This document shows, in pieces, positions 10,719 to 21,595 of a stretch of 64,000 bases of DNA (position 1 is the first letter of the stretch; each line of letters starts with the position of its first letter). The notes beneath the pieces were generated by a model that saw nothing but the letters and a program-made list of their open reading frames with translations, searched no databases and was not told where the DNA came from. A program made the position numbers and the translations under genes. Source of the DNA: Planktotalea sp. (GTDB taxonomy: Bacteria; Pseudomonadota; Alphaproteobacteria; Rhodobacterales; Rhodobacteraceae); the NCBI RefSeq assembly GCF_965659345.1, contig NZ_CBFHVK010000016.1:8155-72154 (forward strand), in the 5' to 3' direction.

Positions 10719-10748
10719 GGGCGCGGCACACCGTTGGCGCGCCCTTTT
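10719..10748 (+). terminator. intra-operon hairpin with a short T tract between dmmD and dmmA
   Basis: GGGCGCG...CGCGCCC followed by TTTT. Confidence 0.4.
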
Positions 10749-10768
10749 CACATCTTACAGGGGAACCC

Positions 10769-11365
10769 ATGTCGAAATTCGAATTCCCAGAATCCATCCG
10801 CAGCCGCCCTGTCTGGGGCACGCTAGAACCCCGCGCAGGCTTGCATCATTTGATGATCGCTGACGCAGAAGGGGCCGAAGCCATCTTGGAAGTTGCCACG
10901 CCCGAATTGATGACTGGCGCGCATATCATTTTCATCTCCAAAGGTACGGGCTTTGGCGACAAACTGCGCGCATTGAACCCTGCACAGTATTATGAAGGCC
11001 CTTCGTACGAGGCCTCCGCGTCCCGCATTCGGCGTGTGTTGCAAGACGCCAAGATGAGCACTCAGGTTTACCTCGCGGGCACCGAAGGGTTGATGGGCCA
11101 AGCCATGCGCGAATGCACCAATGCAGGCATCCCCTACACAGCCGTGCAGACAGAGCATCGCGGCTCAACAGCGCGCCGCATGCAATGTGTGCATTGCAAG
11201 GGCATCACCGAAGATGTCGCAATTGATCCGTTCGTCTGTTCGCACTGTGGTTTAAATCTGTTTGTACGTGATCACTACTCACGCCGATTGGCCGCCTACC
11301 AAGGCGTGTGCGTCGACGCGGAAGACCCCGGAAATGTTCCTAAGTCAGTGGGGATTTACGAATGA
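10769..11365 (+). CDS. dmmA: dimethylamine monooxygenase subunit DmmA-like
   Basis: 198 aa with a C-terminal Cys cluster CVHCKG...CSHCG. Position is between the GcvT-like and reductase genes. Confidence 0.65.
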   Translation: MSKFEFPESIRSRPVWGTLEPRAGLHHLMIADAEGAEAILEVATPELMTGAHIIFISKGTGFGDKLRALNPAQYYEGPSYEASASRIRRVLQDAKMSTQVYLAGTEGLMGQAMRECTNAGIPYTAVQTEHRGSTARRMQCVHCKGITEDVAIDPFVCSHCGLNLFVRDHYSRRLAAYQGVCVDAEDPGNVPKSVGIYE

Positions 11366-12324
11366 GCGGCGCAGAGAAAATCGACGTTACCGTCACCGAG
11401 ATCGTCCCTGTAAATGAGCTGGTTACTCGTTTCAAATTTGAGCGGACCGATGGTGGCCTGTTGCCCACCTTCTCAGGTGGCGCACATACGGTTGTTGAGA
11501 TGAAAGACGGCGATATTACCCGCCTTAACCCCTACTCACTTATGTCCGATCCAATGGATCAAAGTGCCTACACGATTTCCGTGCGCCGCGACGATGAAGG
11601 TCGCGGCGGATCATTGTTTATGCACCAGAAGGTCTCGGTCGGCGACCAAATGGTAATCAGCTATCCCGTGAATCTCTTCTCGTTAGATCTGCGCGCTAAG
11701 AAACATTTGTTCCTTGCGGGCGGCATCGGCATCACGCCTTTCCTAAGCCAAATCAAACAGTGCGAACGTTTGGGTGGTGCTTGGGAATTGCACTACGCCT
11801 GTCGCAATGAAGCGCTTGGGTCTTACGTGGATGAATTAACGTCAAAGCATCCTTATGAAGCGAACGTTTATTACGACGATCAAAAGCAAGCGATTGCTTT
11901 GGAGGGTCTTTTGAACGGCCAGCCTATCGGCACGCATGTCTACGTCTGCGGCCCCAAGGGCATGATCGACTGGGTGCGTGCTACAGCAGAAAAACTTGGC
12001 TGGCCGCGCGAAGCCGTGCATTACGAGGAATTCCTCGCACCGCAACCCGGCAAGCCGTTTGAAGTGAAGCTATCGGTGTCGAACAAAGTTGTTCAAGTCG
12101 GTGAGGACGAGAGCCTGCTGGAAGCGATGGAGCGTGAGGGCGTTGATGCGCCTTATCTGTGCCGTGGCGGTGCCTGCGGTCAATGTGAAACGCGCGTTAT
12201 TGATTACTCCGGCAACTTCATTCACCGCGATCACTGGCTCGAGGACGATGAACACGCATCTGGTGAAAAGATCATGCCTTGTGTCAGCCGCTTTGAGGGC
12301 AAAACTTTAGTATTGGACCGTTAA
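11362..12324 (+). CDS. dmmB: flavin reductase with a plant-type 2Fe-2S domain (phthalate-dioxygenase-reductase-like)
   Basis: GGIGITPF NAD/flavin motif and C-terminal CRGGACGQCE...C. ATGA overlap with dmmA. Confidence 0.75.
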   Translation: MSGAEKIDVTVTEIVPVNELVTRFKFERTDGGLLPTFSGGAHTVVEMKDGDITRLNPYSLMSDPMDQSAYTISVRRDDEGRGGSLFMHQKVSVGDQMVISYPVNLFSLDLRAKKHLFLAGGIGITPFLSQIKQCERLGGAWELHYACRNEALGSYVDELTSKHPYEANVYYDDQKQAIALEGLLNGQPIGTHVYVCGPKGMIDWVRATAEKLGWPREAVHYEEFLAPQPGKPFEVKLSVSNKVVQVGEDESLLEAMEREGVDAPYLCRGGACGQCETRVIDYSGNFIHRDHWLEDDEHASGEKIMPCVSRFEGKTLVLDR

Positions 12325-12325
12325 A

Positions 12326-13393
12326 ATGACCATTCAATTCAACGAAGAAACCTTCCGCGACGATTATACATTCAAGAACTCCGACTGGGCGATTCAGCGT
12401 TTCCCTTTTCCATTCCACGAAGACAGCTACATGTATTCTGTGAACATGGAGCAGCATCGCGGCGGGCCTAAGGGGTCGATCTACGAAAAGCGCTTTGATG
12501 TGGATGAGCATTACGTCGCTGAAATGCGTGACCGTGCGATGGTGCTCGCCGATGATCCACTGCGCTGCCAAAGCCTGCCGCATATGACGCTTGCGGGGTG
12601 GGATTTGCTTGAGCTGATCATGGTGTCAAAATCCGAAGACTATCCTGACCTGTTCGAGCTGCACCGCGACGGCGATCAATGGCGCTGGGTGAACAAACCT
12701 TTGGGCATTGATGACACTTTCACGTTCCTAGATGAAACTACCCTGCCCTACGGCCCAATGGAGTACATCACGCGCCAAGCACAGGGTGATTTCTGCGTGC
12801 TTGATCAACGCGATGATAACCTGTGGATGGATGCAGGCACAGTTACGACGCAAGCAGACTGGTCGCTTGATTTCGATATCGGAATGAATTTCTTTGAATG
12901 GCACGCACCTGTACCGCTGGCCCATGAAAAGGGCATCTTTGTGCGCGCGTTGAAGTTTCTTTTGAACATCCAGCAAGGCGCGCCTGCGCGGCGTTTGAAC
13001 TGGACTATGACAGTCAATCCATTGCTCGACACAAGTCCCGAAAACTATCACAAATGGGGTGTGCAAAAGACGACGTTGACGCCTGAGAATATTGGCCAAA
13101 AGCAACACTTGCGGGTTGAGTTGCAGACCTTCTTCCGCTTGCCACGCTCAAACGCACTGGTGTTTCCGATCCGCTGCTATCTGTGCAATTTCGATGATCT
13201 GATGACCATGCCAAAATGGGGCCGTCGTTTGCATCGCGTGATCCGCGATTTGCCCGAAGAGCTGGCTACCTATAAAGGTTTTATCGATAATCGCCCAATG
13301 ATGCTGGATTACCTGTCAAAGTTTGATGACGGCTTGCCCACGAGTCCTGGCATTTGGCCTGAGCGCGAAACCGAGCCTGCGCTTAATACCTAA
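12326..13393 (+). CDS. dmmC: heme-dependent oxidative N-demethylase-like subunit
   Basis: 355 aa, last gene of the dmmDABC-type arrangement. The family call rests mainly on context. Confidence 0.65.
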   Translation: MTIQFNEETFRDDYTFKNSDWAIQRFPFPFHEDSYMYSVNMEQHRGGPKGSIYEKRFDVDEHYVAEMRDRAMVLADDPLRCQSLPHMTLAGWDLLELIMVSKSEDYPDLFELHRDGDQWRWVNKPLGIDDTFTFLDETTLPYGPMEYITRQAQGDFCVLDQRDDNLWMDAGTVTTQADWSLDFDIGMNFFEWHAPVPLAHEKGIFVRALKFLLNIQQGAPARRLNWTMTVNPLLDTSPENYHKWGVQKTTLTPENIGQKQHLRVELQTFFRLPRSNALVFPIRCYLCNFDDLMTMPKWGRRLHRVIRDLPEELATYKGFIDNRPMMLDYLSKFDDGLPTSPGIWPERETEPALNT

Positions 13394-13396
13394 CCG

Positions 13397-13421
13397 TAAG
13401 GTGCGTGTATCACGCACCTTA
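13397..13421. terminator. 11-bp-stem hairpin between convergent genes
   Basis: TAAGGTGCGTG-tat-CACGCACCTTA. No clear T tract. Confidence 0.4.
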
Positions 13422-13427
13422 ACCCAC

Positions 13428-14093
13428 TCAGGCGATAGACTGTGGATAACTGATGATCGACAAGTAGCGCGCAGGCAAGTCCACAAGAACTTCGGGCCCG
13501 TGTGGCGCGTCTGCGTCAAAGAACAGTGTATCACCCGGAACCAGTGAAAACACCTCATCCCCGTGGCGATAGTCCACCTTGCCCTCAAGCATATAGATCG
13601 TCTCGATGCCACCATGCTGAAACATTGGAAAGACATCTGATTGCTCTGACAGGGTAATCAAATACGGCTCAACGATCACACCGCTGGAATTCGCGCCAAT
13701 ATGCCCAAGCAGGTTATACTGATGACCCGCGCGCGTACCTTCACGCTCTAGCTCAACCCCTTCACCAGCCTTCGTATGAACGGCCATGCGTTGCTCTTCA
13801 AAGCGGCGAAAAAAACTGGTGAGCGGAACCGACAGCGCATTAGCCAGCGTTTGCAGAGTGCTCAGCGAAGGGGATGTATTGCCGTTCTCAATCTTGGACA
13901 GCATCCCAATCGACAGCCCTGTCATTGAAGCGAGTTCAGCAACGGTGATCTCTTTTTGTTTACGAAACGCGCGCACCTCGCGGCCAATCGCGACCTCAAG
14001 AACTTTCTCACGCTCACCAATCGATGTAACGTGTGGATCTTGGCTTAGTTTAGCAACCATTTTGGGCGACAACACTTTTATGTTCATTTTCAA
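13428..14093 (-). CDS. XRE-family HTH regulator with a C-terminal cupin domain
   Basis: HTH ITVAELASMTGLSIGMLSKIENG plus a cupin C-terminus. Confidence 0.8.
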   Translation of the reverse strand: MKMNIKVLSPKMVAKLSQDPHVTSIGEREKVLEVAIGREVRAFRKQKEITVAELASMTGLSIGMLSKIENGNTSPSLSTLQTLANALSVPLTSFFRRFEEQRMAVHTKAGEGVELEREGTRAGHQYNLLGHIGANSSGVIVEPYLITLSEQSDVFPMFQHGGIETIYMLEGKVDYRHGDEVFSLVPGDTLFFDADAPHGPEVLVDLPARYLSIISYPQSIA

Positions 14094-14225
14094 GCCTCTT
14101 AGTGCCGCACGACCTCAAACGCAATGTTCACAAGGAGAAGCATCAACCTAGGACATTTAAGACGAACAATACCATGGAAACCCCAAGGTGTAAATCAATC
14201 TTGACATCCTCATGACATCACAGCT

Positions 14226-14819
14226 TTACACCACAGACTGCATCGCCGTCACAATCGCATGGTGCAACGATCCTGCAGAGGCGCGCGGGCCAAGTATGCG
14301 CACCCAATCATTGGGATCGCGTCGGATAACAAAGCAGCCGAGATGGTGGATAGAGGTGCGCTGTGCGTCGCCCGTTTGCATGGCGCGGATGTTTATCGAG
14401 CAGAGCAATTCCATGACAGGCTCCATCTTCGCACCTTGCAGATCAAAGCAAGCCCAAGCGTCACTTTGCTCAGTGATCGACGCACTCGCTCCAAAGCGTG
14501 CTTTCAGCTGTGCAGCGAGATCTTCGTGAGTCGCGTACGGCGCGCCAACCATCCATTGGTCGGGGCCCGTCCAAAAGGCCGCTTCTGGATCACGCAAGAC
14601 CACTTTGCCAATTTCAGGAACGCGCCCGTCGAGCAAATTGGCAAGATGCTCGCGACAGGCCGTTTCGTGACCAAGGCGCGCATGAACGGAGGCCAAAGCA
14701 AGACCATCATTCTCGCGGAGCATGACCTCACCAATTGTATCTACGCGCGGGGACTGCCCACCAAGGGCCGTAATAGCAGTGAGATCATGCACGTTGGCGT
14801 CCTCCTTCTGGATCAACAA
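14226..14819 (-). CDS. mgdD: sarcosine-oxidase gamma-like subunit (N-methylglutamate dehydrogenase D)
   Basis: 197 aa, last gene of a beta-delta-alpha-gamma operon. Confidence 0.7.
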   Translation of the reverse strand: MLIQKEDANVHDLTAITALGGQSPRVDTIGEVMLRENDGLALASVHARLGHETACREHLANLLDGRVPEIGKVVLRDPEAAFWTGPDQWMVGAPYATHEDLAAQLKARFGASASITEQSDAWACFDLQGAKMEPVMELLCSINIRAMQTGDAQRTSIHHLGCFVIRRDPNDWVRILGPRASAGSLHHAIVTAMQSVV

Positions 14820-17724
14820 AATGGGCAGAAGTCACTTCAACGACAACTTCGCTATCGGTAACAGGCGAGACAAGGCGCATCTTCTCGCCCATACGCGCAT
14901 CGCCAGATTTGATCATCGCAAGGCCAATCATCGAACCGACTTCGGGCGAGTATGCCGCCGACGTCACATAGCCCTGATCATGCATCGCATCGACAGGGCC
15001 ATTCGCCGCCATCAAATGCCCGCCGGCCGTGATCTTATCCTCACTCGCGAGCGGTTTCACGCCGACGAGCTTCAGCGCGTCATCCTCATTAAGACCCGCG
15101 CGTTCCGATAAAACTGTGCCGATGCTATCTTTCTTCTTTGACACCATTCGTCCCATGCCAAGGTTGTTCGCGGTGGTCGTGCCATTCAGCTCATTGCCTG
15201 CCGCGTGACCCTTTTCGATCCGCATCACGCCTAGCGCTTCTGTGCCGTAGGGCACCACGCCGAACTCTTCGCCCTCATCCATTAATTTGCGCATCAGTGA
15301 ATCGCCGTAGCGCGAGGGCACAGCAATCTCGAACGCCAACTCACCAGAGAATGAGATACGGAACAAACGCGCGCGCAAACCACCGCAAACAGTTATATTT
15401 GCGCAGGCCATGAACTCGAAAGCTTCATTCGAGATATCAAACTCAGGATCGACGATTTTCTGCAAAAGCGCGCGCGAGTTTGGCCCCGCGACCGCATATT
15501 GCGCCCAAGCTTCTGTGGTTGAGATCAACTGCACATCCGCATCCGGCATCAAACATTGACGCACGAATTCCATGTGCTGATAGACGGGGCCAGCCTTGGC
15601 CGTGGTCGTTGTGACAACAAAATGATCCTCAGCTAAGCGCGCAGCTGTGCCATCGTCCATCGCAATGCCATCTTCGCGCAACATCAGGCCATAACGCGTT
15701 TTGCCGACAGCGACTTTCGCGAAGGGATTGCAGTAGACTTTATTAAGGAAAGTAGCCGCATCCGCACCTTGCACATCAATCTTACCAAGAGTGGTGCAAT
15801 CGCAGACTCCAACAGAGGCGCGGGTCGCCTTGACTTCGCGATCCACAGATTGTCGCCAATGGGTTTCGCCTTCAATCGGGAACCATTGCGCGCGCAGCCA
15901 GTTGCCGACTTCAACAAAGACCGCGCCGCGCTCTTTCGCCCAGAAATGCGAAGGCGTCAGACGCGTCGGATGAAATTCCATCCCGCGCATACGACCTGCG
16001 AGCGCGCCAATAGACACGGGTGTATAGGGCGGGCGGAAAATGGTGGTGCCGACGTCTGGAATACCCTTGCCCGCAATCTCCGCCATAATCGCGAGACCGC
16101 CCATGTTAGACGTCTTGCCCTGATCCGTTGCCATCCCGAGCGTCGTGTAGCGCTTGAGGTGCTCAACGGAGCGGAACCCCTCTTGATGCGCGAGTTTTAC
16201 GTCTTTGATAGTCACGTCGTTCTGCTGATCTAGCCACGCACGTTTGCAGCCTTCGACATACCAGAAAGCAGATTGCTTGGCGGGTGTATCATCTGCCGCT
16301 GGCGTATCTGCCGCTTTGATACCCAACGCTTCTGCTGCGCCTTTGGCACCGCTCTGTAGCGCGCCATGCGTCGACAGATCACCGCTCGCAGCGCCAGCCA
16401 CCGTCATACCAGGCGGGAGCGTGCCACCAGGAACAAAGGCCGAAAGACCTCCGTCCCAAGTTGGTCGTCCACGTTGATGGCAGGTCAGATGGACATTCGG
16501 GTTCCAACCGCCTGAAACGCCCAAAGCGCCGCATTCCAGCGTACGTTCCGACCCATCAGAGAGCTGCACATCGACAAACGTGAGTCCAAGTCGGCCTTTT
16601 GTGTTGATCACCTGCGCACCTGCCAGCACCTCATAATCCATCGACATTGGCGCATCCGCGCGCGTGTCAATCACTGCGGCAACCTTGACGCCTTTCGCAT
16701 GCAAATCTGCCGCCGTACGGTGCCCATCGTCGCAAGAGGTAAAGATCGCAACACGCTGTGCAGGCGTCGCCGCCCAGCGGTTTACATAAGAACGCATCGC
16801 AGAGGCGAGCATAATGCCAGGGCGGTCATTATTCTCAAACGCAATCGGACGCTCAATCGCACCAGCACAGAGCAAGGTTTTCGTCGCATAGATGCGCCAA
16901 AGGATTTGACGTGGCTTGCCAGCAGCAGGTTCAAGCAAGTGATCGCTGACACGTTCGACAGCGCCATAAATCCCGTGATCGAACGCACCCATCACGGTAG
17001 TACGGCTCATCAGGCGCACGTTTGGAAGGGACGAGAGTTCAGCAATCGTTTGCGTGGTCCAATCGAGCGCGGATTTAGCGCCGATCTGCAACTGCTCACT
17101 CAGCAAACGGCCCCCCATCGCAAAGTCTTCATCCGCGAGGATCACCTCTTTGCCAGCGCGCCCCGCTGTGAGCGCAGCCATTAAACCCGACGGCCCAGCA
17201 CCAACAATCAACAGATCGCAGTGGCGGAAACCCTTGTCATACTCATCGGGATCTTCCTGCATCGAAAGTGCGCCAAGACCCGCAGCTTTACGAATAATCG
17301 GCTCGTAGACCTTTTCCCAGAACGGCGCGGGCCACATGAATGTTTTGTAGTAAAACCCAGCAGCTAAGAAATCAGAGGCGGCATCATTCACCGCCAGAGC
17401 ATCGAATTTCACAGACGGCCAACAATTTTGCGAGCGCGCGGTGAGACCGTCGAACAATTCGGCGGTGGTCGCTCGAGTGTTGGGTTCAGCGCGTGCTCCA
17501 TCGCGCAAAGTGACAATCGCGTTCGGCTCTTCGCTGCCAGCGCTCAAAGGACCACGAGGACGGTGGTATTTGAAAGAACGCCCCATAAGACGCACACCGT
17601 TGGCGAGCAAGGCAGAAGCAAGCGTATCGCCTGAATGACCCGTGTAGCTTTTGCCATCAAACTTGAATTTCAACGGCGTGTTGCGATCAATCTGGCCGCC
17701 TTGGACTCGGTTCACTTGTGTCAT
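14785..17724 (-). CDS. mgdC: sarcosine-oxidase alpha-like subunit (N-methylglutamate dehydrogenase C)
   Basis: 979 aa. N-terminal FKFDGKSYTGHSGDTLASALLANG, an FAD/NAD GxGxxG motif and a C-terminal GcvT-like folate domain. Confidence 0.85.
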   Translation of the reverse strand: MTQVNRVQGGQIDRNTPLKFKFDGKSYTGHSGDTLASALLANGVRLMGRSFKYHRPRGPLSAGSEEPNAIVTLRDGARAEPNTRATTAELFDGLTARSQNCWPSVKFDALAVNDAASDFLAAGFYYKTFMWPAPFWEKVYEPIIRKAAGLGALSMQEDPDEYDKGFRHCDLLIVGAGPSGLMAALTAGRAGKEVILADEDFAMGGRLLSEQLQIGAKSALDWTTQTIAELSSLPNVRLMSRTTVMGAFDHGIYGAVERVSDHLLEPAAGKPRQILWRIYATKTLLCAGAIERPIAFENNDRPGIMLASAMRSYVNRWAATPAQRVAIFTSCDDGHRTAADLHAKGVKVAAVIDTRADAPMSMDYEVLAGAQVINTKGRLGLTFVDVQLSDGSERTLECGALGVSGGWNPNVHLTCHQRGRPTWDGGLSAFVPGGTLPPGMTVAGAASGDLSTHGALQSGAKGAAEALGIKAADTPAADDTPAKQSAFWYVEGCKRAWLDQQNDVTIKDVKLAHQEGFRSVEHLKRYTTLGMATDQGKTSNMGGLAIMAEIAGKGIPDVGTTIFRPPYTPVSIGALAGRMRGMEFHPTRLTPSHFWAKERGAVFVEVGNWLRAQWFPIEGETHWRQSVDREVKATRASVGVCDCTTLGKIDVQGADAATFLNKVYCNPFAKVAVGKTRYGLMLREDGIAMDDGTAARLAEDHFVVTTTTAKAGPVYQHMEFVRQCLMPDADVQLISTTEAWAQYAVAGPNSRALLQKIVDPEFDISNEAFEFMACANITVCGGLRARLFRISFSGELAFEIAVPSRYGDSLMRKLMDEGEEFGVVPYGTEALGVMRIEKGHAAGNELNGTTTANNLGMGRMVSKKKDSIGTVLSERAGLNEDDALKLVGVKPLASEDKITAGGHLMAANGPVDAMHDQGYVTSAAYSPEVGSMIGLAMIKSGDARMGEKMRLVSPVTDSEVVVEVTSAHFVDPEGGRQRA

Positions 17725-18008
17725 AACGAACGTCCTTTGCTGCGCGCTACATCGCGGGCCAGCTCAACCTTGGAAATTTCATGCGTGCGCGTGTCGCGCG
17801 TGACCACAAGCCAAGAACGATCACCGCCTTCATGGAACCACAATTCGCGCAACTCCCCTGCGGGATTGTCGCGCAAATAGGCGTAGTCATGGAATTGATC
17901 AGCGGCATTTTCCGCCTCAGGATCGGGCCGTTCGATCAGGCTTGCGTCCCCCATATAGACGAACTCAGCACTGTCGCGCGGACCAAGAAGCGGGTGGTTA
18001 ATGATCAT
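17721..18008 (-). CDS. mgdB: sarcosine-oxidase delta-like subunit (N-methylglutamate dehydrogenase B)
   Basis: 95 aa, MIINHPLLGPRDSAEFVY...; 4-nt overlap with the alpha subunit gene. Confidence 0.8.
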   Translation of the reverse strand: MIINHPLLGPRDSAEFVYMGDASLIERPDPEAENAADQFHDYAYLRDNPAGELRELWFHEGGDRSWLVVTRDTRTHEISKVELARDVARSKGRSL

Positions 18009-18021
18009 CTCTCAGCACTCC

Positions 18022-19272
18022 TTAATGCAGGTTGGGCTGGTTGCCCTGCCCTTTTTCATCAATCATGTGACCAGTTTTGTAACGATCCAACCGATAGGCT
18101 GTCGCAGTCTCGTGGGGTTCGTCCTTGGCGAGCAAATGCGCGAAGGTGTAGCCCGAAGCAGGCGTCGCTTTGAAGCCACCGTAGCACCAGCCACCATTGA
18201 AATAGAGGCCCTCGATATGGGTTTTGTCGATATAGGGAGAGCCATCCATCGACATATCCATGATGCCGCCCCACATACGCAAAAGTCGCGCGCGGCCAAT
18301 CATTGGCATGATCGCCATGCCACCTTCGCAAACGTCTTCGACCACGGGCAGGTTGCCCCGTTGGGCGTAGGAATTGTAACCGTCGAGATCCCCACCAAAA
18401 ACCAAACCGCCTTTGTCTGATTGGCTGACATAGAAATGGCCTGCGCCAAACGTGATAACTCCAGGCAAAACAGGTTTCAGACCTTCGGACACGAAGGCCT
18501 GCAGCACATGACTTTCAATCGGCAAGCGCATCCCCGCCATGCCCATCAAACGGCCTGAGTTGCCTGCGACCGCGCAACCGACTTTACCAGCGCCAATAAA
18601 GCCGCGCGAAGTTTCAATGCCTTTGCACACACCGTCTTCGATCTTGAAACCCGTGACTTCGCAATTCTGAATAATATCGACGCCATGACTATCCGCTGAG
18701 CGCGCATATCCCCAAGCCACCGCATCGTGGCGCACAGTGCCACCGCGCCGCTGCGCAAGACCGCCTTTGATCGGGAAACGTTGATCGTCGAACTTAAGGA
18801 ATGGATACTCAGCACGGATTTGCGCTTCATCCAAGTATTCGGCGTCCGCGCCATTCAGTATCATCGCATTACCACGCCGCACGAAAGCATCGCGCTGAGC
18901 GTCAGAGTGGATCAGATTCATAATTCCACGTTGGGACACCATAGCGTTGTAGTTGAGGTCCTGCTCCAGTCCTTCCCAGAGCTTGAGCGAGAATTCATAG
19001 AACGGTTCGTTGCCATCAAGCAGATAATTTGAGCGAATGATCGTTGTGTTACGGCCCACGTTGCCGCCACCAATCCAACCCTTTTCGATCACCGCGATGT
19101 TCTTTTGCTTATAGACTTTGGCCAAGTAATGCGCCGTCGCAAGGCCATGACCACCGCCACCGATGATCACGATGTCATAATGTGGTTTCGGGTCTGGTTC
19201 GCGCCAAGCGGGCGTCCAGCCTTTGTGGCCACTCAAAGCCTCTTTGATGACCTTAAATCCAGAATATCGCAT
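18022..19272 (-). CDS. mgdA: sarcosine-oxidase beta-like FAD subunit (N-methylglutamate dehydrogenase A)
   Basis: DIVIIGGGGHGLATAHYLA dinucleotide fold. Start set at MRYSGF; the ORF track starts 5 codons earlier. Confidence 0.85.
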   Translation of the reverse strand: MRYSGFKVIKEALSGHKGWTPAWREPDPKPHYDIVIIGGGGHGLATAHYLAKVYKQKNIAVIEKGWIGGGNVGRNTTIIRSNYLLDGNEPFYEFSLKLWEGLEQDLNYNAMVSQRGIMNLIHSDAQRDAFVRRGNAMILNGADAEYLDEAQIRAEYPFLKFDDQRFPIKGGLAQRRGGTVRHDAVAWGYARSADSHGVDIIQNCEVTGFKIEDGVCKGIETSRGFIGAGKVGCAVAGNSGRLMGMAGMRLPIESHVLQAFVSEGLKPVLPGVITFGAGHFYVSQSDKGGLVFGGDLDGYNSYAQRGNLPVVEDVCEGGMAIMPMIGRARLLRMWGGIMDMSMDGSPYIDKTHIEGLYFNGGWCYGGFKATPASGYTFAHLLAKDEPHETATAYRLDRYKTGHMIDEKGQGNQPNLH

Positions 19273-19500
19273 GCCTTGGACCTCCAACGCTCAATGTCTT
19301 TCAACAGTGCACCATAAAGATGCAGAAACACGACAGACGCCCGAAAAACGGACCGACTCTGCGCTTCCGACTAAAGAAAGACCACCCCCAACAACTACAC
19401 ACAAGAAAAAAACTTGATTGAGAGGAAAAAAATTGCAGAGTGTTAGGTATTGCCATTCGGTCGTATGCGGATTCGCTCCATTGGGTGCGAGCAACGCTAG

Positions 19501-20502
<1,002 letters not shown>

Positions 20503-20529
20503 ACCCGTCGCGACGCTTCGTTAGAATAG

Positions 20530-20561
20530 GCCCTGCCTGATCATATCGGGCGGGGCTTTTT
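20530..20561 (+). terminator. hairpin plus T5 after tmoX (possible attenuator)
   Basis: GCCCTGCCT...GGGCGGGGC followed by TTTTT. Confidence 0.45.
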
Positions 20562-20575
20562 AAACAGGATTTCCT

Positions 20576-21595
20576 ATGACCACTGATGCCCCAGTAATTT
20601 CTGCCAAAAACGTTTGGAAGCTTTTTGGAAGCGCACCTGAAGCCTATCTCAAAGGCATGCCTGCGGGCCGTAGCTTTGATGATATCCGTGCGGATGGCTA
20701 TATTGCGGGTGTTAAGGACGTGTCGATCGATGTTGCGCGCGGCGAGATGTTGGTCATCATGGGGCTTTCAGGGTCTGGAAAGTCCACACTGGTGCGTTGC
20801 TTCTCGCGCCTGCATGATATTACTGGCGGCACGATAGAAGTTGAAGGTCAGGACATTATGTCTTTGTCCGAAAAAGAACTTATTGAGCTGCGTCGCAACA
20901 AGATGGGCATGGTGTTCCAAAGCTTTGGCCTCCTGCCCCACCGTACCGTCCTCGACAACGTCGCGTTTCCTTTGGAGATGCGCGGTCAGGACAAACATGC
21001 ACGGCGTGAACGCGCGCTTGAGGTAATCAAACTCGTTGGCCTTGAGGGGCGCGAAGACTATTTCCCGCGCGAGTTGTCTGGCGGCCAACAACAGCGTGTT
21101 GGCATCGCGAGATCGCTCGCGATTGAACCTGATATCTGGTTCCTCGACGAGCCATTCTCAGCGCTCGACCCACTTATTCGTCGCGAAATGCAGGACGAAT
21201 TCCTGCGCTTGCAACAGCTTTTGAACAAGACGATTGTCTTTATTACGCACGACTTTGACGAAGCCCTGCGCCTTGCGGATCGCATCGCGATTATGAAGGA
21301 CGGCGCAGTCGAGCAATGCGATACGCCCGATCAAATCGTGCTGCATCCGGCAACAGAATATGTGCGCAAGTTTACCGAGGAAATCGACAAAGCCCGCGTG
21401 GTACACGCGGAAACTTTGATCGAAGACGGTCTGTCCGCTGACGGCGATCCTGTAGATGCCGGAGCGTCGGTTCAAAGCCTAGCGAAACTCCTGATCCAAG
21501 ACACGCGCAGCGCGATTCCAGTCGCAAAAGATGGCACAGTGATTGGTGCTATGTCGCGCGAGATCGCGCTCGGTATCTTGGTAGGGGCTGAGTGA
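20576..21595 (+). CDS. tmoW: ABC transporter ATPase (ProV-like)
   Basis: Walker A GLSGSGKST, signature LSGGQQQRV, Walker B IWFLDEP. Confidence 0.85.
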   Translation: MTTDAPVISAKNVWKLFGSAPEAYLKGMPAGRSFDDIRADGYIAGVKDVSIDVARGEMLVIMGLSGSGKSTLVRCFSRLHDITGGTIEVEGQDIMSLSEKELIELRRNKMGMVFQSFGLLPHRTVLDNVAFPLEMRGQDKHARRERALEVIKLVGLEGREDYFPRELSGGQQQRVGIARSLAIEPDIWFLDEPFSALDPLIRREMQDEFLRLQQLLNKTIVFITHDFDEALRLADRIAIMKDGAVEQCDTPDQIVLHPATEYVRKFTEEIDKARVVHAETLIEDGLSADGDPVDAGASVQSLAKLLIQDTRSAIPVAKDGTVIGAMSREIALGILVGAE

